Shown here piece by piece: positions 27,845-37,600 of a stretch of DNA of 64,000 nucleotides (positions are counted from its first letter, which is position 1; every line of letters begins with the position of its first letter). The stretch covers positions 1,248,001 through 1,312,000 of the forward strand of contig CAVXRD010000001.1 in NCBI GenBank assembly GCA_963764165.1, in the 5' to 3' direction. Both the position numbers and the translations under genes were made by a program. The DNA comes from an uncultured Verrucomicrobiae bacterium. GTDB taxonomy: Bacteria; Verrucomicrobiota; Verrucomicrobiia; Limisphaerales; Palsa-1400. Under the pieces are notes generated by a model. That model searched no databases. It was given only the letters and a program-made list of their open reading frames with translations, and was not told the DNA's origin.

Positions 27845-28453
27845 TTGATTTCGAACTTTTTCATCTGGATGGCTATCGGCTCAATTGCCGCCATCGTCTA
27901 CGCCTCACTTTTTGAGTGGATCCTGCATCGTTATATCATGCACCGCCCGCTCGGTTCGTTCACCTACCCGTTTGAAAAGCATGCGCTGGTTCACCACCGC
28001 ATCTTTAAATCCGACCACAGCTATCACTTGGTCCACGAAAAGGACAAAATGACCATCCCGATGGCGTGGTGGAATGGGCCTGCCTTGGTCGCTGCCTGTT
28101 CGGTCCCCTTCCTCATCGTTTCTCTGCTGACAGGCCATTGGGGTTTGATCGCTGGCGGAGCGCTGACGTGCGGGGCGTATTATGGCGTTTACGAATACAT
28201 CCATTGGTGCATGCACCTGCCGCGGAAGCGCGTGGTCGAACGTTCGGGAATTTTCTTCCGCCTCAACGGACATCATTTGCTTCACCACCGCTATATGAAT
28301 CGCAATTTCAATGTCGTCCTGCCCCTGGCGGATTTGTGCCTCGGAACATTGATGCTGCGTTCCAAAGTGAGTTTCAAGCAAGCCACCGGACCTTCGGTTC
28401 CCAATGTGCAGCCAAAGACACCGGCGCCGGCGCCCGCTTGCGCCGTCGACTGA
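27845..28453 (+). CDS. Fatty acid hydroxylase/sterol desaturase superfamily membrane protein
   Basis: His boxes HRYIMH, HALVHH, HWCMH, HHLLHH. Confidence 0.85.
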   Translation: MISNFFIWMAIGSIAAIVYASLFEWILHRYIMHRPLGSFTYPFEKHALVHHRIFKSDHSYHLVHEKDKMTIPMAWWNGPALVAACSVPFLIVSLLTGHWGLIAGGALTCGAYYGVYEYIHWCMHLPRKRVVERSGIFFRLNGHHLLHHRYMNRNFNVVLPLADLCLGTLMLRSKVSFKQATGPSVPNVQPKTPAPAPACAVD

Positions 28454-28499
28454 TTTCCGGTTCCTCGCCGGTTAGTTTCCAAGGCAGGGCCGCCTCGCG

Positions 28500-28800
28500 A
28501 AAACTGTCTCAAAACTGCTGTTTTTTTGAGAAATGTATTTGACAGCTACGTGAATTTTTTTCACAATGTGGCTCAACCTATTGCCCTGAGTCCGGACGGC
28601 ATTTCCTCTTTCCTCCCGCTGTGGAGGACTGCGTGTCCGCCAACCATCCCGCCGGCTTCCTGCGCGAATTTGTCGACCAGTTGAATCTGCTGCGGCCTGG
28701 ATTCGTCATTCCCGCTTCCGAAGGCCGCCCTCCTGATGCCCCAGCCTCCTGCTCAAGATTTGGCTCTGCGGTTACTTCCATCGCATTCGCAATTACCCCG
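28500..28800 (+). pseudogene. IS1182-family transposase remnant (5' end, two frameshifts)
   Basis: Joined frames read FLFPPAVEDCVSANHPAGFLREFVDQL...GRPP...LLLKIWLCGYFHRIR; end sequence ctgtctcaaaactgc upstream. Confidence 0.75.
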
Positions 28801-29105
28801 CGCGCCCGGGCGCCTCTTCGCCGAGGCGGGCAACTCCTTGAGAGATCGTCAAAATTTAATTTGCGCCCTTCCAGCCGGGTGCAGGACAAAATTCTTCCGG
28901 AACAGAGCAACAGCGGCATTCCCGTCGCTAAATCAGCCCCGCAGAGGCGAGACCCCTCTGCCACCACAGCGGCAGGAAGAACTTTATCCTGACCCCCTTT
29001 GCAGCCTCGCCTGCCCTTTCCCGTTGACAGGGGGGCGGAATTGGCCAAAGCTCGTGCTTCACTGCGCAATGTCGCGCGGTTTGAAAATTTCACGGAGAAC
29101 TCCAC

Positions 29106-30209
29106 GTGCTTAAAGCAGGAATTGTCGGTTTGCCCAATGTTGGCAAAAGCACCCTTTTTAACGCCCTCACCCGGACGCGAAAGGCGCAGGCTGCCAATTA
29201 TCCGTTCTGCACCATTGACCCAAATGTCGGTATCGTTACCGTCCCAGACGCCCGGCTTGCTCGGTTGGCGACCATCGCGAAGACAGAAGTCATCATCCCG
29301 GCTGCGATCGAGTTTGTCGACATCGCGGGACTGGTGAAAGGGGCATCGCAAGGCGAGGGGCTCGGCAACAAGTTCCTCAGCCATATCCGCGAAGTCGACG
29401 CCATCGTCCAAGTGGTACGGTGCTTTGAGGATCTGGATATCCACCACGTTGCAGGCAACATCGATCCGATTAGGGATATAGATACTATATTTACCGAATT
29501 GCTTCTTTGCGACCTGGACTCCGTGCGGAAACGACTGGAAAAAAGCGCCAAGGAAGTTAAACGGGGCGAAAAGGTCGCAGTGGCCGAAGCCGAAGTGCTC
29601 AAGAAATTCGAGGCGCACCTCAACTCGGGCAAGCTCGGCGTGACGCTTCACCTCACGCCCGAAGAAAAGACAATCGCAAAGTCGTTCTTTCTGCTCACGG
29701 ATAAGCCCACCATTTTCGCCGCTAACGTTAAAGAAAGTGATTTGGCGGGAGCGGACGCCAATCCATATGTAATTAAAGTTCGAGATTACGCCAAAGCTCA
29801 CCACTCGTGTGAAACAGTCGTGATTTCAGCCCAAATCGAAAGCGATTTGGTAGATTTGTCGCCGGAGGAAGCGGCGGCGTTCCTAAAAGAACTCGGCGTG
29901 GACGAGTCGGGCGTGGGAGCTCTGATCCGCAGCACGTACCATATACTGGGGCTTCGGACATACTTTACCGCTGGTGAGAAGGAAGTCCGCGCTTGGACGA
30001 TTCATGCAGGGGATACGGCACCGAAAGCGGCGGGCGTCATCCATAGCGATTTCGAACGCGGTTTCATTAAGGCGGAAACAGTTGCGTACGATGATTTGGT
30101 ACAATGTGGTTCCACCGCTGTTGCGCGGGAGCGTGGACTATATCGAATGGAAGGCAAAGAATACAAAGTGGCGGACGGAGACGTGATGGTGTTTAAATTT
30201 AACGCTTAA
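29106..30209 (+). CDS. ychF: Redox-regulated ATPase YchF
   Basis: GIVGLPNVGKSTLFN, NYPFCTIDPN, GEGLGNKFL, IHSDFERGFI. Confidence 0.97.
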   Translation: MLKAGIVGLPNVGKSTLFNALTRTRKAQAANYPFCTIDPNVGIVTVPDARLARLATIAKTEVIIPAAIEFVDIAGLVKGASQGEGLGNKFLSHIREVDAIVQVVRCFEDLDIHHVAGNIDPIRDIDTIFTELLLCDLDSVRKRLEKSAKEVKRGEKVAVAEAEVLKKFEAHLNSGKLGVTLHLTPEEKTIAKSFFLLTDKPTIFAANVKESDLAGADANPYVIKVRDYAKAHHSCETVVISAQIESDLVDLSPEEAAAFLKELGVDESGVGALIRSTYHILGLRTYFTAGEKEVRAWTIHAGDTAPKAAGVIHSDFERGFIKAETVAYDDLVQCGSTAVARERGLYRMEGKEYKVADGDVMVFKFNA

Positions 30210-30343
30210 TGCGCGGAATAAACGCAGAAATCGCGTGTTTTTGTCACGCGAAATGCGTGAAAAATTCACGCAACCTGGGGAAAATAGGCAAAAACAGCCC
30301 AAATCCGGGACGGCACGGCAGGAACTTCCAATTTGCGGATATA

Positions 30344-30359
30344 TGGCACTGACTATGCT
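30344..30359 (+). promoter_or_regulatory. Putative sigma54 -24/-12 promoter
   Basis: TGGCACtgactATGCT with exact GG-N10-GC spacing, about 80 bp before the prepilin-like gene. Confidence 0.6.
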
Positions 30360-30440
30360 TAAATCTGGAACCAATCGAGTAAACACGGATAAAAACGAGT
30401 CCAGTGCGCGCTCCAATGCCAAACTAACAAACAGATATAT

Positions 30441-31358
30441 ATGAAACAAATACGGAACAGAAAGGTCGGGGCCTTCACTCTAATCGAGTTGTTGGTCGTT
30501 ATCGCGATTATCGCCATTTTGGCGAGCATGCTTTTGCCCGCCTTGGCCCGCGCCAAGCAAAAGGCACAACGCATTTCTTGCATCAACAATTTGAAACAAG
30601 TCGGCACAGCGTACCGCATCTGGTCGAACGATAACGGCGACCGTTATCCGGCTGGCCAATCCGTCGCCTTGGGCGGCTGGAATGACTATGTCACCTCCGG
30701 CACTCCGGCCCTGGCTCCGTATACGTTTTACAACTATACCTTGATGCAGAACGAAATGGGTCAATCGCCCAAAGTCGTCATTTGCCCATCAGACGACCGC
30801 AATGCTGGAACGAACTTCTACCCATCTACCACAACCGTGTTTGCTGCGGTCAATGGATCAAGCCCCGCTCCTCAAGCCACGACCGGCACGTTCAATAACG
30901 CCGGCTGCTCGTATTTCGTAGGCGTCGGCGCCAATGATACGTATCCCCAATCCTTGCTCGGTGGCGACCGCAACCTTGGTTACACTGGCGCGGGAGGCAC
31001 AGCGCAAGACCCCAACTACGGCCTTTCCGGCCCCAATGCCAGCCCCGGCTCTCCCGGCAACGCTCCTACCGGCGCTGATGTGATCATCAATACAAACGGC
31101 ACGATTGTTACCGTCACCTCTGGTGGCGCTACCGAAACTCCGAGCACTGGTTTGATTGGCTGGTCTGCGAAACTTCACTCCGCTGGAAATCTGGCTGGCG
31201 CCGGAAACCTCCTGCTCGGTGACGGCAGCGCTCAACAGGTCACTTCTGGAAGCTTCCGCGTGAACTGGCTCAAGAACGCCGCGGACGCGGGCAACTTCAC
31301 CACTGGCCAAGCCCAATATACCTCGGCTCTCGGAGATATCCGCCTGCTCTTCCCCTAA
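30441..31358 (+). CDS. Prepilin-type N-terminal cleavage/methylation domain protein (PVC type)
   Basis: [50 protein letters not shown]. Confidence 0.9.
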   Translation: MKQIRNRKVGAFTLIELLVVIAIIAILASMLLPALARAKQKAQRISCINNLKQVGTAYRIWSNDNGDRYPAGQSVALGGWNDYVTSGTPALAPYTFYNYTLMQNEMGQSPKVVICPSDDRNAGTNFYPSTTTVFAAVNGSSPAPQATTGTFNNAGCSYFVGVGANDTYPQSLLGGDRNLGYTGAGGTAQDPNYGLSGPNASPGSPGNAPTGADVIINTNGTIVTVTSGGATETPSTGLIGWSAKLHSAGNLAGAGNLLLGDGSAQQVTSGSFRVNWLKNAADAGNFTTGQAQYTSALGDIRLLFP

Positions 31359-31388
31359 GACATTCTTAGGTTGAAGTCTGAATATTTG

Positions 31389-31421
31389 AGAGAGGCACCC
31401 GCAAGGGTGCCTCTCTTTTTT
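31389..31421 (+). terminator. Intrinsic terminator
   Basis: agagaggcaccc-gcaa-gggtgcctctct followed by a T run. Confidence 0.9.
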
Positions 31422-31669
31422 GCTCAAACAAAAGCTCCAACCCTGTCAATTTGAGTTTGAACCGTTCGCCCCGGGAGTTGACCAGGAACCGGCCTGTCAG
31501 GACAGACGACGTTGGCGGCGCCTGATTTTGCGTGACGCCAAAATCGCAGGATGTGATTTGAACCTCACGAACGGATTCGCAGGCCCCGGCCTTACCGAAT
31601 CACTGGTTGAGTTGGCGCGCAATCCATGGCAGACTGAATGGAATACTCCACCAGGGAAGTTGTGCTCAC

Positions 31670-34600
31670 ATGATACTGATTGTTGTTTTGCGCAGATGCG
31701 TTGCGGCTAGCGTCTTTTTTGCAATTTCTGCCTTAATTGGGCTGCTTTCGCCACGCGCGCTTTCCGCCCAAACGCTTCAGCATCGTTACAGCTTTGCCAA
31801 TAATGCGTCCGACACCGTGGGTGCGGCAAATGGGACTTTGATTGGCAATGCTTACATTACCAACGGCTCGCTTGTATTGCCGGGCGGCGGGGACTCGGAT
31901 AATCCAGAAGGCTACGTCTCGCTGCCCAATGGACTCGTCAGCAACTGCGCATCCATCACGGTGGAGTGCTGGTTGACGGACATCGAAGGCTCGGTTTGGG
32001 CTGAAGCGTGGTGTTTTGGGAACAGCGCCGCGGGCCCCGGCCAGCCGCCGACTGGCGGGACGGCCTATATTTCGCTCATTCCTCACAGCGGCGCAAACGA
32101 CTTTCGGGGTGCCTTCAATTTGACCGGCGGAGACGAGGTGGATGTGATTTCTCCCAACAGCCCGATGCCGCTCAATGTAGAGGAATATGCGGTTCTCACT
32201 TACGACCTCGCCAGCGCAACGGCGCGCCTCTATTTGAATGGCGTCCAATTGGCGAGCGCCGCGATTCCAACAAATCTTTCGCCGGCGAATTATGGCAATA
32301 CCTTCAACAATTGGCTTGGCCGTGATGAATTCGGCGGTGACCCGATGTTTGCCGGAAGCATTGACGAATTGCGGATTTGGAGCGGCGCTGTTTCGCCATT
32401 GTATATCGCCGTCAGCGCGATGGCTGGTCCAAACGTCCTTGTAACAAACCTTACGCCGAACAGAGTTTCGATTTCCGTGAACTCGACCAACATGGCGGCG
32501 TCCCAAAACCAACAGGCTGTCGTTAGCGCCAATTTCTTGCAGGCATCCAATGTGCCAGTGACGGCAAGCGCCACGAATTGGACCAGCAGCAACCCTAACA
32601 TTCTGACGGTATCTGGCAACGGCGTGATTACGGCAGTCAGCGTTGGCACTGCGACCATTAGCGCCATGTTGAATGGGATCAAGGGAACCAGCCCGGCCAT
32701 TACAGTAGTCCATACCAATCGCGCCGCCGCCATCACCGTTGCCTATTGGCAATTCAATAATTCGGCCAATCTCGGGCTCGACAGCGGCAGCTTCGGCAAC
32801 ACGTTGACAGCAGCGAGTGGCTCGCCGGTTTATAGCAGCGCGGGTTTGTTTGGCGGCGCGCTTTATCTGGACGGCGCCAGCACCATGACCACGCTGTCGG
32901 GAGCCTTTCCGGCGGCGGTGCCCGTTGGCGCAAACCCCTACACAATCGCGGTCTGGGAGAAGACGGATTCCGGCAATCCCGTCGACGGAGGATTCGTGAG
33001 CTGGGGCAGCGCCAATCAAGGGAACTGCAACGCGCTGCGCCTGAGCGATTCGAGCGACAATCCAGATAGCGTGGATAATTATTGGTGGTCGAACGACTTC
33101 TACGTTGATGGGCTAGCCGACAATCCGGGCGACGGCAATTGGCATTCCATCGTCGCAACTTGGGATGGAACGAATCAAATTCTTTATGTGGATGGCAGCA
33201 ATGTCGGGGCGCGCGCGCCAACGCCTCCGAATGTCCAAGGAACTGCCTTTCTCGTAGGCCAGACAGTTGGGGATAACAACCAATTCAAAGGCTGGATTGA
33301 GGATTTGCTCATCGCCAGCGCGGCGCTCGCGCCTGCGGACATTGCTATTTATCAAACTGGCAGTTGGTTATCTACCTCCCCCGCCATGCCACAACTGCCC
33401 ACTGCCTCACCAAGCAATTCCGTCTTTGCCGGAACAACCGTGACCCTCGGAGCATCTGTCGCCGGAGCCGCTCCGTTTCAATATCAATGGCAGAAGAACG
33501 GCACTAACATCTCCGCTGCAACAGCCGCGGCCTTGGTATTGTCGAATACGGCGGCAAGCGACTCGGGAACCTATGACATGATCGCAGGCAATTACTATGG
33601 CACGAACACCAGCCCGGCCCTCGTATTGACCGTTACTCTATTGACGAACCTAAATCCGCTTTCCGTCAGCGTGGTGGTGACCAATACAACCATGGCAGTT
33701 GGCCAAACTCAACAGGCCGCCGTCACCGAAAACCTTCTACAAGTATCAAACTACCCTGCCACCGCCAGCGCCACCAATTGGACCAGCAGCAAACCTTCCG
33801 TGCTGTCTGTCAGCAGCAATGGATTGATTACAGCGATCGGCGCTGGCAACGCCACGATCAGTGCCACTGTTCACGGAGTCACTGGAACCAGTTCCAGCTT
33901 GATAGTTTCTCCATTGCCACCGCCAATAGCTTATTATCCGTTGGACGGCGATGTGCTCGATTACAGCGGCAACGGCAACAATGGTGTTAACTCCGGCGCC
34001 ACTTTTGTCTCACCGGCGTATATCAGCTCCGAAGCTGCGGCATTCAACGGCAACAGCTACATCCAAATTCCAGAGTCTATTGGAACCACTGGCAACGGCT
34101 TTACGATCTCCATGTGGGTCCAGACCGCTGATACGGCAGGTGGACCGAACTGGTATTCCGGCGAAGGCCTTGTCGATGGCGAAGTAGCCGGCGTCACGAC
34201 CGACTTCGGGACAGCATTGGTGGGTGGCAGTTTTGCATTGGGAATTGGCCAACCGGATACGACGCTGGCTTCCACCAATTTAATCAATGACGGCAACTGG
34301 CATTACCTCGCCGCCACCTGGAATATGACCAATGGAGCTATGAATGTCTATGTGGACGGCGCGTTAGGCGCGTCCGGCATTGGCCCCACCGGCCCACGCG
34401 TTGCGCCTCCAAATCTGCGCATTGGGAGCATCCAGACCGGAGTCGGTGGAGGATTCCTAAACGGAGCCATTGACGATGTGCGGCTTTATAACACGGAATT
34501 CTCCGCCAAGCAGATTGCGGCTTTGCTGGGCTCCTATTCAGCCGCACCGCAGGTTGGCGTTCCGTTTGCCTCGCCTTCCAACACAGTTTACGCCGGAACG

Positions 34601-37600
34601 CCGATCTCGCTGAAGGCAAATGTAGTCGGCACGCCACCCTATCAATACCAATGGCAAAAAAACGGCTCCGATATCCCAGCGGCCACTTCGGCCGCCCTAA
34701 CTTTTTCCAATGCCGTCGTGACGAACTCAGGGAGCTATGATGTCGTCGTCGCCAATGCTTCCGGAACTACCATCAGTCCGACGCTGGCCGTAACAATCAG
34801 CCCTGCGAGCAAGCCCATATTTGCCGGGGAGCCAACTCCCGCAAACAGCACGAACTACGTTGGAGGGCTGTTGACGTTGAGTGCGTCCGTCAACGGGACT
34901 CTGCCGATTCAATTGCAGTGGCAGCAAAACGGCGTTAACATTCCCAACGCGGCCGGGAACACGCTCACGCTTGTCTCTTTGCAAACGAACGCAGCGGGAA
35001 CGTATACCTTGGTAGCCTCCAATCCCATTGGCATCGTGACCAGCGCACCCGCAGAAGTCATCGTGCTTCCACAGCCGAACCCCGCCACGCAGAACATGGT
35101 GACTTATCATAACGATAATGCGCGAAGCGGCGCCGACACCAATGAAGTTCTCTTGACACTGGCTAATGTCAATGTTTCCACCTTCGGCCGCCTGCTTCAA
35201 TATGTGACAGATGGATTGGTGATTGCCCAGCCTCTCTACGTTTCCGGCATGGTCATTCCTGGGCTGGGAGCGCACAACGTCGTTTTCGCCGCAACGGAAA
35301 ATAACACCGTTTACGCATTTGACGCGGATAGCAACAGTGGCTCCAATGGTGGGATAATTTGGAAGACGAATCTTGGGCTCGCCGTGTCCAGTTTTGTTGA
35401 CGAATTCGGAAATCGCGGCACGGGGTCATATTATCCCGACATTGACCCAGTCGTTGGAATCACCGGAACGCCCGTCATTGACCTTGCTTCCGGAACACTT
35501 TATGTCGACGTCCACACTCGCGAAATTGGCATCGCGACAAATTATTTTCATCGCATTCACGCTATTAACATCACCAACGGCACAGAACGCTCTTACAGTC
35601 CAGCCGCCGTCACAAATTCGGTGACCGGCGTCGGCATAGACAGCAGCAACGGCATCGTGCGATTTAATGCCAAACAACACTTGCAGCGCCCCGGATTGAT
35701 GCTGGCCGGTGGCAATCTATACGTCGCCTTCGGAAGCTACGCGGATACCGACCCCTACCATGGCTGGGTGGTGGGGTTCAATGCCAGCAATCTCCAATCA
35801 TCGGCAAACAATGTTTTCTGCACCACGCCCAATGCCTCGACCGCAGTCTTCGGCATCAACGCCGCCGAGGGCGGGCTTTGGATGGGCGGGGACGGGCCTT
35901 GCGCGGATTCCAGCAACAATCTGTATTTTGTAACGGGCAACGGCAGTTTCAGCGCGAGCACGAATGGAGGCGACTACGGAGATAGCTTCGTCAAGCTATC
36001 CACCACTTCCAACAGCATGGCCATCGCAGACTACTTCACTCCCTACAATCAGGCGGCCATGGCCGCAAATGACACGGACCTGGGTTCCGGCGGAGCAATC
36101 CTATTGCCGGATTCTGTCGGCAGCGCCACCCATCCGCACCTTATGATTGGTTGCGGTAAGGATGGCACACTGCGGCTGGTCGATCGCGATAACATGGGGC
36201 ATTTCAATCCGGCAAATGATAACCAAGTTGTGCAGGAGGTTCCCGGGGCCATCGCGGGTTCATGGAGCACGCCTGCTTACTTCAACAACCAAATTTACTT
36301 TCAAGGCAACAGCGATGTGATGAGAGCCTTCTTCATTAGCAATGCAGTCATCACTCCCACGCCTGTATCAAAATCCATGGTTACCTTCGGAGGTTTTGCC
36401 TCTGGCGGCACACCCTGCATTTCAGCCAATGGAACAAACAACGCCATCGTTTGGGCTCTCCAATCCGATGGCTCCGGCACGGGAGGAGCGGCAATCCTGC
36501 ATGCCTTTAATGCCACCAACCTGGCGCAGGAGCTTTATAATAGCGGCCAGAACTTCCCGCGCGACAATCCTGGTTCCGCCATCATCATGACCACGCCAAC
36601 AGTCGTGAATGGAAAGGTGATTGTCGGCACTCAGTATGCGCTGTCGGTTTATGGAAATAGCGTTTTCGTGGCCACTCCGATGATTTCGCCAGCCGGCGGA
36701 CTTTTCACCAATTCCACGCTCGTCACGCTGTCGGATGCGACGCCAAACGCTTCCATTTATTACACGCTTGATGGAACGCCGCCGACCACCAATTCCCGAG
36801 CCTACACCGGCCCCTTCAACTTAACCGTCAGCGCCAACGTGCAAGCCATGGCCGTCATCCCGGGAGCGGTCAATAGCGGAGTGGCCAGCGCCAGTTTCAT
36901 CAACAATGCGGCCACTGGCAATGGAATTGGTTTATTAGGTCAATACTTTGGCAACCATACAAGCGCGAATCCGTTCAGCGGCACACCGGCCTTGGTGGAG
37001 ACGAATTCGACCATCAATTTTAATTGGGGCATGACCGGGCCAAATCCAGCAGTGGGCGCCACGAATTTCACTGTGCGCTGGACCGGTTCGTTGGAACCGC
37101 AGTATTCCGAGCTTTATACGTTCACAACCACGGCGGACGACGGCGTGCGGCTCTATGTCAATGGTCAATTGCTTATCAATGATTGGTTTGACAAGACCAG
37201 CGCAACGACGAACAGTGCCAGCATGGAGATGACCGCACAGCAATATTACAATTTGGAATTGGATTACTACCAAAAGACCAATAACGCCTCTGTTTCGCTT
37301 TCGTGGAGCAGTCCCTCCACTCCAATAGCCATCATACCTGAGACGCAATTATTTCCCTTCAGCAATCCGCCGCCGGCTGTCGTGGTGACATCTCCGGCCA
37401 ACGGCGCGACCAACTTTACCGCCACCGCCAGCGTGACCGTCAGCGCCGAGGCCGATGCGACCTATAATCCCATCACCAATGTAAGTTTCTATGCGAATGG
37501 CAATTTGTTGGGAAGCTCCGCCAACCTTCCTTATACCATCACCGCAACGGGAATGCCTGCCGGGAATTACGTTTTAGCCGCCGTTGCGACGGATGGCAGT

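Noticed and set aside
31460..31580. Hairpins upstream of the giant gene as a riboswitch
   Set aside because: Short imperfect stems with no aptamer consensus that I recognise
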